Below are positions 50,457 to 60,389 of a stretch of 64,000 nt of DNA, in pieces. Positions within the stretch are counted from its first letter, which is position 1. Each line of letters opens with the position of its first letter. The notes beneath the pieces were generated by a model. The model was not told the DNA's origin. It saw only the letters and a program-made list of their open reading frames with translations, and searched no databases. This stretch comes from Gammaproteobacteria bacterium (GTDB lineage: Bacteria; Pseudomonadota; Gammaproteobacteria; SURF-13), in assembly GCA_003599485.1 (NCBI GenBank), contig QZKM01000048.1, positions 10,428 to 74,427 on the forward strand. Direction: 5' to 3'. A program made the position numbers and the translations under genes.

Positions 50457-51209
50457 ATGCACGATAACACAACCGGCGTGGCGGGCAAGGTAGTCATGAT
50501 TACCGGCGCGGCGCGGCGCGTGGGGGCGGTGCTGGCCGGATTTCTGCACGGCCAGGGCATGAATATCGCGCTGCACTACCGCCATTCCCGGCGCGAAGCC
50601 GAGGCGCTGGCCGCGAAACTCAACGCCGCGCGCGCGCATTCCGTCATTCTGCTGCAAGCCGACTTATTGTACGGGGCGGGCCTCCCGCGCCTGGTGCAGG
50701 AAGCGCTGGGCGGCTGGGGCAGGCTGGACGCGCTGATCAATAACGCCTCAAGCTTCTACCCCACGCCGTTCGGCGCGGTGACCGACGCAGAGTGGGATGA
50801 CCTGCTGGGCAGCAACCTCAAGGCGCCGTTTTTTCTGTCACAGGCGGCAAGCGGCGCGCTGGCCGCGCAGCGCGGCTGCATCATCAACATCGCCGACATT
50901 CACGGCCTGCGTCCACTCAAAAACTATCCGGTGTACAGCACCGCGCAGGCCGGGCTCATCATGCTCACCCAGGCCCTGGCGCGCGAGCTCGCGCCCGCGG
51001 TGCGCGTGAACGCCATCGCGCCGGGGCCGGTGCTGTGGCCGGAAGAGATGGAGGAAACGGAGCGCCGGAACATCGTCGCGCGCACCCTGTTGCAGCGCGC
51101 CGGTGATCCGCTGGACATCGCGCGCGCCGCGCTGTATCTGATACGCGATGCGGACTACGTCACCGGGGAGACCCTTACCGTGGATGGGGGACGCTCGGTT
51201 AAGTCTTGA
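50457..51209 (+). CDS. pteridine reductase (SDR family, FolM/PTR1-like)
   Basis: TGAARRVG Rossmann, YSTAQ catalytic Tyr-x3-Lys. Adjacent to folK–folB. Confidence 0.75.
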   Translation: MHDNTTGVAGKVVMITGAARRVGAVLAGFLHGQGMNIALHYRHSRREAEALAAKLNAARAHSVILLQADLLYGAGLPRLVQEALGGWGRLDALINNASSFYPTPFGAVTDAEWDDLLGSNLKAPFFLSQAASGALAAQRGCIINIADIHGLRPLKNYPVYSTAQAGLIMLTQALARELAPAVRVNAIAPGPVLWPEEMEETERRNIVARTLLQRAGDPLDIARAALYLIRDADYVTGETLTVDGGRSVKS

Positions 51210-51717
51210 GCAGCGCCACGGCACTGGGCTCAAACTCGAAGCGCACCTTGCGCAACGGCTGGCGGGCTTTATCATACGTCTGCCATAATTCACGGAACGT
51301 CTTCCCGGAAACGGGGTGACGCACCTCGCCCGCGATCTCCGCCAGCGGGCCCAGCATGAAGGCGTATTCTGTGATCTCATCGCGCGGCACGACGAGGTGC
51401 GGTTCGCGCAACACCAGGTCATCATACAGCAGCAAATCAATATCCAGAGTACGCGCGCAAAAGCGTTCCGCGCCGCGCTTACGCCCGTGGCTTGCCTCGA
51501 TGGACTGTAAGGCGTCCGCCACCGCGTGCACGGTCTCCTCGGTGTCAAACCCCGCCGCCAGATTATAGAAATCATCGCCGCTGAAGCCCAGCGCCGCGCT
51601 TTCATACACCGATGATAGCGTCAGATCGCCATACATCCTCTGCAGCAGGGCGACGCCGTCGCGGATATGCTTATCGCGCTCGATATTGCCACCTATGCTG
51701 ACGTAGACGCGCGCCAT
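51199..51717 (-). CDS. folK: 2-amino-4-hydroxy-6-hydroxymethyldihydropteridine pyrophosphokinase
   Basis: MARVYVSIGGNIE...; HPPK-like. Confidence 0.9.
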   Translation of the reverse strand: MARVYVSIGGNIERDKHIRDGVALLQRMYGDLTLSSVYESAALGFSGDDFYNLAAGFDTEETVHAVADALQSIEASHGRKRGAERFCARTLDIDLLLYDDLVLREPHLVVPRDEITEYAFMLGPLAEIAGEVRHPVSGKTFRELWQTYDKARQPLRKVRFEFEPSAVALLKT

Positions 51718-51718
51718 C

Positions 51719-52075
51719 TCAATCCTCGCGCGCGCGCTCGATAATCACGCCCACGTCGCGCGCGCCGCGGATTGCACCCTGCTTGTTGAGACGCAGGCGC
51801 AGCCAACGCACGTTGAACTCCTGAATCACCAGTTCCGCGACGCGCTCGGCCAGCGTCTCCACCAGATGGAATTCGCTGTGGCCGACAAATTCGATCACGC
51901 GTTTGGCCACCTTCTTGTAATCCAGCGTGTCCCGGATGTTGTCGCTGGCCGCCGCCTGGTGCACGTCGGCCGCCATGTCGAGATCGAAGCTCACGGTCTG
52001 CTTGACGCGCCGTTCCCACTCGAAGATGCCCACGACGGTCTCGATCTGTAAATTGTGCAAATAAATAATGTCCAT
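51719..52075 (-). CDS. folB: dihydroneopterin aldolase
   Basis: 118 aa, MDIIYLHNLQIETVVGI...; divergent from plsY as in E. coli ygiG/ygiH. Confidence 0.9.
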   Translation of the reverse strand: MDIIYLHNLQIETVVGIFEWERRVKQTVSFDLDMAADVHQAAASDNIRDTLDYKKVAKRVIEFVGHSEFHLVETLAERVAELVIQEFNVRWLRLRLNKQGAIRGARDVGVIIERARED

Positions 52076-52192
52076 GCGCGCCGGTGTTTTGAGAGGGGCC
52101 CTAGTTATACCGCAAATCGCCGGTCATGGAAATGACATGAGCGGGACCTAAACTATTGACCTCTGTCCACAGACAGGTTCCAATACACCCCC

Positions 52193-52807
52193 ATGATCGT
52201 TCCCTTTTATACCTTCCTGCTCATGGTCGCGGGCTATTTATTGGGCTCGGTGTCCTGCGCCATCATCGTCAGCAAACTGATGCGGCTGCCCGACCCGCGC
52301 AGCGAGGGCTCGCGCAACCCCGGCGCCACCAACGTGCTGCGCCTGGCCGGCTACAAACCCGCGCTGCTGGTGCTCCTGGGGGACCTGCTCAAAGGCGTGC
52401 CCACGCTGCTTATCGCCCACGCGCTGCACCTGCCGCCCATGGCCTTTGTCGGCATCGCGCTCGCCGCCTTCCTCGGCCACCTGTATCCGGCCTATTTCGA
52501 TTTTCAGGGCGGCAAGGGGGTGGCGACCTTCTTCGGTGTCTTGCTTGGCCTGCACTGGATCACCGGCCTCGCGGCGATGGCGACCTGGATTGTGCTCGCC
52601 ATGCTGTTCCGCCTATCTTCGCTCGCCGCGCTGGGCGCGGCCTTCATGACGCCGCTTTACCTGCACTGGCTGGACGCGCCGCTGCCGTTTGTATCGGTGG
52701 CGGTCATCATGAGCACCTTCCTGCTCTGGCGCCACCGCGTCAACATCCACAACCTGCTGCACGGCATGGAACCGAAAATCAGCTTTAAAAGGACATCACC
52801 ATCATGA
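52193..52807 (+). CDS. plsY: glycerol-3-phosphate acyltransferase PlsY
   Basis: GSGNPGATNV-like SRNPGATNV motif; 204 aa. Confidence 0.9.
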   Translation: MIVPFYTFLLMVAGYLLGSVSCAIIVSKLMRLPDPRSEGSRNPGATNVLRLAGYKPALLVLLGDLLKGVPTLLIAHALHLPPMAFVGIALAAFLGHLYPAYFDFQGGKGVATFFGVLLGLHWITGLAAMATWIVLAMLFRLSSLAALGAAFMTPLYLHWLDAPLPFVSVAVIMSTFLLWRHRVNIHNLLHGMEPKISFKRTSPS

Positions 52808-53241
52808 AGATTACCCCGTTGGCGCTGTTTGAAAAGGTCACGGGGTGGGTACTGAGCGTGATGCTGGTGTTCATCACCTTCGGCATCATCATCGGCGTGC
52901 TGCGCCTGTTCCTCAACCTGGGCGATCTGGTGTTCAATGAAGACATCACGCGCCAGTATCAACGCCTTATTTCCGACGTTCTGACGCTGTTTATCCTGAT
53001 CGAGCTGTCGCGCTCGCTGGCGGATTACTTCACCACCCACCGTCTGCGCATGACCTTCATCGTGGACGCCGGCATCGTGTTCATCCTGCGCGAGATCATG
53101 ATAAAAATCTTCGAGCACAAGATCACCACCGATGAGGTGTACGCCTTGAGCGTATTGCTGTTTGTGCTGGGCGCGCTGCGCATCGGCTCCATCACGGTGT
53201 TCCAGAGCGAGAAGAAAATGCTCACCCCGCCGCCCAAATAG
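52804..53241 (+). CDS. psiE: phosphate-starvation-inducible protein PsiE family
   Basis: 145 aa, four TM segments, pattern similar to E. coli PsiE. Confidence 0.7.
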   Translation: MKITPLALFEKVTGWVLSVMLVFITFGIIIGVLRLFLNLGDLVFNEDITRQYQRLISDVLTLFILIELSRSLADYFTTHRLRMTFIVDAGIVFILREIMIKIFEHKITTDEVYALSVLLFVLGALRIGSITVFQSEKKMLTPPPK

Positions 53242-53249
53242 AAAAGCCT

Positions 53250-54620
53250 TTAGGGCTGCTCCTCTCCCCGCACGCGCAGTATCACCCCGCCAGGCTCACG
53301 CGCCACCGTCTCCATCTCGCCCGCCGTCTCGGCCAGGTTGCGCGCAAGCGCCTTGTCAATCTGGTAGGGATTAAAGATCAAGTGCGTGATGCCCTGTATC
53401 TGCTTTAAAAAGCTCTCGGCATCCTGCGCCGGCGGCGGCAGCGGCAGCACGGCGCGCCTGGCTGCCAGCATGGTGCGCGCGGGCCACTGGCTGGCGGCAC
53501 TGAACGGGCTTTCCGCATCATGCGCCTCCTCGGCCAGGCGCGCGATCAGCCGGTCTTCCGGGCTGAGCGCGCCCGCCTTGTTAAACGCGTAATGTTGCTT
53601 GTTCGCGCCCATGAATAATAACGAGATCAGCATAATCGCCAGCAGCGTCAGGCCGCGTTGCGCGAGGAAGCCGCCGCGCCATTTTTGGTTGAGCGCGATG
53701 AGTTGCGCGCCGCCGTAATAAAGCAACAAGGTCAATGCAAACGTGGCCCATACGGCATCCGCCGCCAACGCGCCCAGCGTCGCAGCGGCGAGCAGCATCT
53801 GTCCCATATAATCGCGCATGAAACGGCGCAGATTCACCGCGACGATCAGCACCAGCAGCGCGCCTGCGAGCCACCCCGGCCAGGAACTGTACGTTCCCAG
53901 CGCATTGCCCAATGCCTCAACGGGATTGCTCCACCAGGCGAGATTGCTCCAGCCTTGGCGCAGGAGCAGCGCGAACAGCACCGCCAGGGCGACACCGGTA
54001 TAAATGTGCCGTTGCTGGCGCGCGTCCAGCGGCTCTCGATACCAGCGCCAAACCAGCGCCGCGGGGCAGGCGAGACCCGCCGGGTGCAGCGTCACGGCGA
54101 TGGCGGCCAGCAGCAACTGTAGAAAATACTTGCCTCCCAGGGGGCGCGGCGCGGCGCGGTAAGCGTCATCCAGCCACACGCCCGCTCCAAACACAAACAG
54201 CAGGTACACCCCCGCGCCCAGGCCGTCTATTTGATGCAACATGAACGGCGCGATCAGCAGCAGGCCGCTGCCGATCAGGGCGGTCTCGGCCGTGAATTGA
54301 CGCGCGCTCCAGCGGTAAAACAGCAGCACGGCGGAAAAACCAAGCAGCACGGTGAACACCTTGGCCGCCGTCACGCTGCCCGGCCAATAAATTCCCAGCG
54401 GGATGTACAACAGGGCGCGAAAATCGGGCACGCCGAACACTACGATGGGGTTGGCCACGTCGCCCGCGATGGACCAGTTGAGCAGCAGCGCCTGCGCGGC
54501 GTTTTCGTCCAGCCCATAGGCGTCAAATCGCAGCGTGAGCAGCACCAATCCACCCCAGAGCAGAAACAACAGGAGTGTCCAGTAGCGCACCGGAACGCGC
54601 GCAGTAAGATAATCGAACAT
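53250..54620 (-). CDS. hypothetical polytopic membrane protein (possible GT39/ArnT-like glycosyltransferase)
   Basis: 456 aa, many TM segments; no decisive motif recognised. Confidence 0.45.
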   Translation of the reverse strand: MFDYLTARVPVRYWTLLLFLLWGGLVLLTLRFDAYGLDENAAQALLLNWSIAGDVANPIVVFGVPDFRALLYIPLGIYWPGSVTAAKVFTVLLGFSAVLLFYRWSARQFTAETALIGSGLLLIAPFMLHQIDGLGAGVYLLFVFGAGVWLDDAYRAAPRPLGGKYFLQLLLAAIAVTLHPAGLACPAALVWRWYREPLDARQQRHIYTGVALAVLFALLLRQGWSNLAWWSNPVEALGNALGTYSSWPGWLAGALLVLIVAVNLRRFMRDYMGQMLLAAATLGALAADAVWATFALTLLLYYGGAQLIALNQKWRGGFLAQRGLTLLAIMLISLLFMGANKQHYAFNKAGALSPEDRLIARLAEEAHDAESPFSAASQWPARTMLAARRAVLPLPPPAQDAESFLKQIQGITHLIFNPYQIDKALARNLAETAGEMETVAREPGGVILRVRGEEQP

Positions 54621-54660
54621 GAATTTCCCCGGAGCGCCTTAAGGCGGATTGGGTTAAACT

Positions 54661-54806
54661 TTACTCAGGAGTCACAAGGCTACACTACTTAATGATGTGA
54701 CTCCTGAGTAACGATCCTGTTTTATCTACCCCACCCCGTCCCACCCCACACAAGGGGCGGGGGACGTGGCGGGAATGTGGCCTTACTTACTGACTTATGC
54801 GTAACC
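54661..54806 (+). promoter_or_regulatory. conserved structured leader element, copy 1 (16-bp perfect hairpin + C-rich/G-rich block + conserved ATG)
   Basis: Hairpin ttactcaggagtcaca/tgtgactcctgagtaa. Block ACACAAGGGGCGGGGGACGTGGCGGGAA. CTGACTTATG starts a 27-aa ORF that ends 11 nt before bepA. Paralogous to 56447..56598. Confidence 0.6.
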
Positions 54807-54888
54807 AGTATAAAGCAAGCCCCTGGCGCAGGCGAGCGACGCGGGAACCGATCGGCCCGCAACATAGTCTTACGTTATAACACAAACC

Positions 54889-56328
54889 ATGCGTTATCCC
54901 GCCTTGCTACTCCTGCTCAGCCTGCTGTGCGCGTTCGCGCAGGCTGACACGCGCCTCAATCTTGACCTGCCCGACATCGGTGAAAGCTCCGCCAGCGTGC
55001 TTTCCGCGGAGCAGGACCGGCGCATGGGCGAGGCCTTCATGCGCGAGCTGCGCCAACAACTCACCATTCTGGACGACGCGGAGGTCACCGGCTATGTGCA
55101 GGCGCTGGGTTATCGCGTTGCCTCCAACAGCGACGGCCAGGCGCGCGATTACCACTTCTTCGTGGTGGATAACCCCAACATCAACGCCTTCGCCGGGCCG
55201 GGCGGCTACATCGGCGTGAACAGCGGGCTGATTCTCGCCGCCGAATCCGAAAGCGAGCTGGCCGCGGTAATCGCGCATGAAATCGCACACGTGACCCAGC
55301 GCCACCTGGCGCGCGCCTTCGAAGCGGCGGACAAGCTCAGTGCACCCGCCGCCGCCGCATTCATCGCCAGCATCCTGATCGGCGCCCAGAACAGCGAACT
55401 GGGACAGGCGGCGCTCGCCGCCACCCAGGCCAGCGCTGCGCAAGCCCAGATCAATTTCACCCGCTCCAATGAAGAGGAGGCCGACCGCATCGGCATCCAG
55501 ACCTTGGCGCGCGCCGGTTTCGACCCGCGCGCCATGCCGGTGTTTTTCGAGCGTTTGCAGCAGGGCACACGCTACTCCGGCTCCAACCTGCCGGAATTTC
55601 TGCGCACTCATCCGGTCACTACCGCGCGCATCGCCGACACGCGTAATCGCGCCGAGCAATACCCTTACCGCCAGGTCGGCGACAGCCTCAACTACCATCT
55701 GGTGCGCGCCAAGCTGCGCGTGCTGAGGGAGAAGAATCCTAAGGAGGCGCTGAAACGTTTTGCCGCGGCGGTAAAACAAAATCCGGATCGCGCCGCGGAG
55801 CACTACGGCTACGCCTGGGCGTTGCTGCGCAACGGCAATCTCCCGCAGGCGCGCGAGGAAGCGCGCGCCCTGCTGGACAAGACTCCGGATCAGCCCGCCT
55901 ACGTACTGCTGCTGGCCGAGATCGAGCTCGCCGGTCAAGGCACGGCGCAGGCGGTAAGCCTCTACCGTGACGCGCTCGATCTCTATCCCGGCCACCATGC
56001 GCTGACCTTGGGTTACGCACGTGCCCTGCTGCAAACAGGACAGGCGCGTGAGGCGGCGGCGCTGCTGGAAAAGCACCAGCGCATGCGGAGCAATAATGAC
56101 GCCGGAATCTACAAGCTGCTGGCCGAGGCTCGCGGCGCGGCGGGACTGACCGGCGAGGCGCATCAAGCCCTGGCCGAGTATTACCATTTAAACGGCGACA
56201 CGGCCTCCGCGATAGAGCAGCTCAAGATCGCCTCGCGCCTCAAGGAGCATGACTTCTATCAGGGCTCTATCATCGAAGCGCGGCTCAAGGAGCTGGAAGC
56301 ACAGTTGGCGCTGGAGACTAAACACTGA
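54889..56328 (+). CDS. bepA: periplasmic M48-family metalloprotease with TPR repeats (BepA/YfgC-like)
   Basis: Signal peptide, HEIAH zinc motif, C-terminal TPR region. Confidence 0.8.
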   Translation: MRYPALLLLLSLLCAFAQADTRLNLDLPDIGESSASVLSAEQDRRMGEAFMRELRQQLTILDDAEVTGYVQALGYRVASNSDGQARDYHFFVVDNPNINAFAGPGGYIGVNSGLILAAESESELAAVIAHEIAHVTQRHLARAFEAADKLSAPAAAAFIASILIGAQNSELGQAALAATQASAAQAQINFTRSNEEEADRIGIQTLARAGFDPRAMPVFFERLQQGTRYSGSNLPEFLRTHPVTTARIADTRNRAEQYPYRQVGDSLNYHLVRAKLRVLREKNPKEALKRFAAAVKQNPDRAAEHYGYAWALLRNGNLPQAREEARALLDKTPDQPAYVLLLAEIELAGQGTAQAVSLYRDALDLYPGHHALTLGYARALLQTGQAREAAALLEKHQRMRSNNDAGIYKLLAEARGAAGLTGEAHQALAEYYHLNGDTASAIEQLKIASRLKEHDFYQGSIIEARLKELEAQLALETKH

Positions 56329-56446
56329 TAACGCACATGGTTTTTCGTCACTTTATCAATGGCCAAAAAAACACCAATGTGATATACTTGTTTTTGTTTT
56401 ATTGCACATCCCGCTACACAGGCACACGGTAAATCACGATGTCCGT

Positions 56447-56598
56447 TAATCAGGAACCACAAAGTAAAACCACCATACTTATGCAGTGGCTCCTGATTAA
56501 CGAGCCAGTTTTACCTACCCCCACCCTGTCCCGTCCCCTACACAAGGGGCGGGAACGTGGCGGGAAGTGCAGCCTTGCTTGCTGACTTATGAGTAAGC
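56447..56598 (+). promoter_or_regulatory. conserved structured leader element, copy 2
   Basis: Hairpin ttaatcaggaaccaca/tggctcctgattaa with compensatory changes relative to copy 1. Block ACACAAGGGGCGGGAACGTGGCGGGAA. The conserved CTGACTTATG here is the soxY start codon. Confidence 0.6.
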
Positions 56599-57053
56599 TA
56601 AGCCGCCGCTTTCTGCTCAAAGGCCTATTGGGGGCCGCCATCGCGGCGCTCGCCACGGCGCTGCCGCGCTTTGCATTTGGCGCATGGCCGGAGCAGGCGT
56701 TCCGCACCAAAAATGTTCCGGACACCCTGCAAGCCCTGTTCGGCACGGCAAGCGTCATCACCGACACCAAGGGCATTACGCTCAGCGTCACCGACCTGGC
56801 GGAAAATGGAGCGGTGGTGCCGGTCACGGTGACCAGCACGCTGCCCGCCGTGGACAGCATCGCCCTCATGGTGGACAAAAATCCCAGCACGCTGGCGGCC
56901 CAGTTCCTGCTGGCGCCCGGCCTCAAACCGTTCATCAAAACCAACATCAAGATGGCGGAGACCTCGCGCGTGATCGCGCTGGTCAGGTCGGAAGGAAAAC
57001 TGTACAGCACCAACAAAAAGGTCAAGGTCACGCTTAACGGTTGCAGCAGTTAG
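56589..57053 (+). CDS. soxY: thiosulfate-oxidation carrier protein SoxY-like (Tat signal)
   Basis: Twin-arginine motif SRRFLLKG. SoxY-like beta-sandwich body. The C-terminus reads NGCSS rather than the canonical GGCGG. Confidence 0.7.
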   Translation: MSKLSRRFLLKGLLGAAIAALATALPRFAFGAWPEQAFRTKNVPDTLQALFGTASVITDTKGITLSVTDLAENGAVVPVTVTSTLPAVDSIALMVDKNPSTLAAQFLLAPGLKPFIKTNIKMAETSRVIALVRSEGKLYSTNKKVKVTLNGCSS

Positions 57054-57079
57054 CGCCGCGCACGGCACCATCACCCCGC

Positions 57080-57394
57080 ATGGAAAACACCATCAAAATC
57101 CGCGCTACGCTGGAAAACGGCGTCACCACGGTGAAGCTGCAAATCCTGCATCCCATGGACACCGGCCTGTTCAGGGATGCGAAAACCGGCAACGTGATCC
57201 CCGCGTACTTCATCAAGGAATTGAGGTGCGAACACAACGGCAAACTGGTGCTGGAGGCCCTATGGAGCATCGCTATCTCCAAAAACCCCTATCTGTCTTT
57301 CTCCTTTGAGGGAGGTGCAGCCGGGGACACGGTCAAGGTTTCCTGGACCGACAACAAGGAAATAAGCGGCAGCGGCGAGACGCAAATAAGCTGA
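57080..57394 (+). CDS. soxZ: thiosulfate-oxidation carrier complex protein SoxZ
   Basis: About 105 aa from MENTIKIRATLENG...; typical SoxZ size, immediately after soxY. Confidence 0.8.
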   Translation: MENTIKIRATLENGVTTVKLQILHPMDTGLFRDAKTGNVIPAYFIKELRCEHNGKLVLEALWSIAISKNPYLSFSFEGGAAGDTVKVSWTDNKEISGSGETQIS

Positions 57395-57440
57395 AAAACT
57401 TCACCGGGCGGCATCCGCCTCGATAAAATCAACAACAATC

Positions 57441-58490
57441 ATGCACATCGGGCCGTATAAATTAAGCAACAATCTGATTCTGGCGCCCATGGCGGGCGTC
57501 ACCGACCGTCCGTTCCGCCAGTTGTGCAAGCAACTCGGCGCGGGGATGGCGGTGTCGGAGATGGTATCCTCCAATTCACTGTTGTGGGGCAGCGCAAAGA
57601 CCCGGCGCCGCGCCAACCACGAGGGCGAGACCGAGCCGCGCATCATACAGATCGCCGGGGCCGATCCCGGACTCATGGCCGAAGCGGCGAAATACAATGT
57701 GGACAACGGCGCGCAAATCATAGATATCAACATGGGCTGCCCGGCAAAGAAAGTGTGCAACGTGATGGCGGGTTCGGCCTTGTTGCAGGACGAGCCGCTG
57801 GTGGCGCGCATCCTGGAGGCGGTGGTGCGCGCGGTGAAGGTCCCGGTTACGCTGAAAATCCGCACCGGCTGGAGCCGTGAGCACCGCAACGGCGTCACCG
57901 TGGCGCGCATTGCCGAGCAGTGCGGTATCCAGGCGCTGGCCGTGCACGGGCGCACGCGCGCCTGCGCCTTCGGCGGCGAGGCCGAATACGACACCATCGC
58001 GGCGATCAAGACCGAAGTAAAGATTCCGGTGATCGCCAACGGCGACATCCGTACACCGGAACAGGCAAAGGCCGTGCTCGACTACACGCGCGCCGACGGG
58101 ATCATGATCGGACGCGCCGCGCAGGGCCGCCCGTGGCTGTTCCGCGCCATCCAGCACTATCTGGAAACCGGCCGGCTCATGCCGGAGCCGGGCGCGGCTG
58201 AAATCCGCGCCATACTCACGGGCCACATGCACAATCTGTACGCCTTTTACGGCGAGCATACCGGCGTGATGATGGCGCGCAAACACCTGTCCTGGTACAG
58301 CAAGGGACAAAGCGGCAGCGCGCAATTCCGGCTGGCCATCAACGCAGCCGCCAGCAGCGCGCAGCAATTGGCTCTCACCCGGCAATTTTTCGACGCACAA
58401 GGACGTGCTAGTGTCGCGGGAGGCAGGACGCCGGGAGCGACCGATGGCCTGCTGCACTCCGGGCGCGGCATCGAGGAGCTCGCGGCGTGA
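57441..58490 (+). CDS. dusB: tRNA-dihydrouridine synthase B
   Basis: DUS TIM-barrel motifs (LAPMAGVTD, catalytic Cys in NMGCP). Followed by fis as in E. coli. The C-terminus is extended by the dispersed mini-repeat. Confidence 0.9.
   Translation: MHIGPYKLSNNLILAPMAGVTDRPFRQLCKQLGAGMAVSEMVSSNSLLWGSAKTRRRANHEGETEPRIIQIAGADPGLMAEAAKYNVDNGAQIIDINMGCPAKKVCNVMAGSALLQDEPLVARILEAVVRAVKVPVTLKIRTGWSREHRNGVTVARIAEQCGIQALAVHGRTRACAFGGEAEYDTIAAIKTEVKIPVIANGDIRTPEQAKAVLDYTRADGIMIGRAAQGRPWLFRAIQHYLETGRLMPEPGAAEIRAILTGHMHNLYAFYGEHTGVMMARKHLSWYSKGQSGSAQFRLAINAAASSAQQLALTRQFFDAQGRASVAGGRTPGATDGLLHSGRGIEELAA
58401..58443 (+). repeat. in-frame palindromic mini-insert, copy 2 (dusB C-terminus)
   Basis: ggacgtgctagtGTCGCgggaggcaggacgccgggagCGACcg; encodes RASVAGGRTPGAT. 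Confidence 0.8.
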
Positions 58491-58771
58491 GCAAGCTTGA
58501 CGCCGAACACAGGCACTCCGATCCGCCGCATGAGCGCGGCAAGAAGCCACTCAGGGCCTGGGTGCAGCAGGCGCTGGAAAATTATCTTGATGACATGGAC
58601 GGCCATGCGCCCGCGGAACTCTATCAGATGGTGCTAAATGAAGTGGAGCCGCCGCTGCTGCAAACCGTGCTGCGCTATACACGCGGCAACCAGAGCAAGG
58701 CGGCGCAGATTCTCGGCCTCAACCGCAGCACGCTGCGTAAAAAACTGAGCCAATACGGATTGGACAACTAG
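58487..58771 (+). CDS. fis: DNA-binding protein Fis
   Basis: 94 aa, C-terminal HTH GNQSKAAQILGLNRSTLRKKL. Overlaps the dusB stop. Confidence 0.9.
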   Translation: MSKLDAEHRHSDPPHERGKKPLRAWVQQALENYLDDMDGHAPAELYQMVLNEVEPPLLQTVLRYTRGNQSKAAQILGLNRSTLRKKLSQYGLDN

Positions 58772-58826
58772 CCGGCTGCGAATTCATTCGCGCCTGGCCG
58801 GATAAACCCGGCTACACAATATTTAT

Positions 58827-60386
58827 ATGCGCGCACTGCTCAGTGTCTCAGACAAAACCGGCGTCGTCGAGTTCGCGCGCGGGCTGGCGGAGCTGGGCGT
58901 ACAAATCCTCTCCACCGGCGGTACCGCCAGACTGCTCGCGCAGCACGGCGTCGCAGTCACCGAAGTCGCCGATTACACCGGCTTTCCGGAGATGATGGAA
59001 GGCCGCGTGAAAACCCTGCATCCTAAAATCCACGGTGGTCTGCTGGGGCGGCGCGGCGTGGATGACGCGATGATGGCCGCGCACGGTATTCTGCCGATTG
59101 ACCTCCTGGCGGTGAATCTCTACCCCTTTGCCGAGACCATCGCCGCGCCCGGCTGCGATCTCGCCACGGCGATAGAAAACATAGACATCGGCGGCCCGGC
59201 CCTGCTGCGCGCGGCGGCGAAAAACCACGCCAGTGTCACGGTGCTGGTGGAAAGCGCGGACTATGAGCGCGTGTTGGCCGAGATGCGCGAGCATCAGGGC
59301 GTGGTGAGTGATGACACGCGCTTCAGGCTGGCGCAGAAGGCCTTTGCCCACACCGCGCACTATGACGCGGCGATTGCCGGCTATTTAAGCCGCTTCGCCC
59401 AACATGAAACGGAGCATGACCCGTTTCCCGGACGCTTCACTCCATCCTTCAACAAGCTGCAGGCGCTGCGCTACGGCGAAAACCCGCATCAGCAAGCCGC
59501 CTTTTACAGCGAACCCAATCCGCCCGCGGGCTGTGTGGCCAGCGCCAGCCAGTTGCAGGGCAAGCCGCTGTCCTTTAACAACATCGTGGACGCCGACGCC
59601 GCGCTGGAGTGCGTCAAATCCTTCGCCGCAGTGCCGGCCTGCGTTATCGTGAAGCACGCCAATCCGTGCGGCGCGGCGCTGGGTAAAACCATTCTGGAGG
59701 CCTATCGGCACGCCTACGCCACCGACCCCACCTCGGCCTTCGGCGGCATCATCGCCTTTAATCAGGCGCTCGACGCCGTCACGGCGCAAACTGTCGTGCA
59801 GGGTCAATTCGTCGAGGTCATCATCGCGCCGCAGGTGACGGACGAAGCGCGCGCCGTACTTAACGGCAAACCCAACGTGCGCGTGCTGTCCTGCGGCGCA
59901 TGGCCGGCGGAAACAGGGCGCACGCTGGACTACAAGCGTGTTATGGGCGGGCTGCTGGCGCAGGAGCGCGACGTAGCGCCCATCAGCGCCACGCAACTCA
60001 AGATCGTGACTGAAACACAACCCACCCCGCAACAACTGCAAGACCTGTTGTTTGTGTGGAAGGTGGCCAAATTCGTGAAATCCAACGCCATCGTGTACGG
60101 CCGGGATGCGCGCACGCTCGGCATCGGCGCGGGACAGATGAGCCGCGTGTACAGCGCGCGCATCGCGGCGTTAAAGGCCGAAGAAGCCGGGCTCACATTA
60201 AAGGGCGCCGTGATGGCGAGCGACGCCTTCTTTCCGTTCCGCGACGGCGTGGACACCGCCGCGCAGGCGGGGGTGAGCGCCATCATCCAGCCCGGCGGCT
60301 CGGTGCGCGACGCGGAGGTGATCGCGGCGGCGAATGAACACGGCATCGCCATGGTGTTCACCGGCATGCGTCACTTCCGGCATTAG
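58827..60386 (+). CDS. purH: bifunctional AICAR transformylase / IMP cyclohydrolase
   Basis: MGS-like N-domain ([11 protein letters not shown]) plus AICARFT domain; 519 aa. Confidence 0.95.
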   Translation: MRALLSVSDKTGVVEFARGLAELGVQILSTGGTARLLAQHGVAVTEVADYTGFPEMMEGRVKTLHPKIHGGLLGRRGVDDAMMAAHGILPIDLLAVNLYPFAETIAAPGCDLATAIENIDIGGPALLRAAAKNHASVTVLVESADYERVLAEMREHQGVVSDDTRFRLAQKAFAHTAHYDAAIAGYLSRFAQHETEHDPFPGRFTPSFNKLQALRYGENPHQQAAFYSEPNPPAGCVASASQLQGKPLSFNNIVDADAALECVKSFAAVPACVIVKHANPCGAALGKTILEAYRHAYATDPTSAFGGIIAFNQALDAVTAQTVVQGQFVEVIIAPQVTDEARAVLNGKPNVRVLSCGAWPAETGRTLDYKRVMGGLLAQERDVAPISATQLKIVTETQPTPQQLQDLLFVWKVAKFVKSNAIVYGRDARTLGIGAGQMSRVYSARIAALKAEEAGLTLKGAVMASDAFFPFRDGVDTAAQAGVSAIIQPGGSVRDAEVIAAANEHGIAMVFTGMRHFRH

Positions 60387-60389
60387 ACT

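Noticed and set aside
54745-54806. Reading the conserved leader element as a sigma-54 (TGGC-N..-TTGC) or sigmaE (GGAACTT-N16-TCTGA) promoter
   Set aside because: GG/GC or -35/-10 spacings do not fit either consensus in both copies (about 14–18 nt instead of 12; 12 nt instead of 16). Left as an unassigned element.
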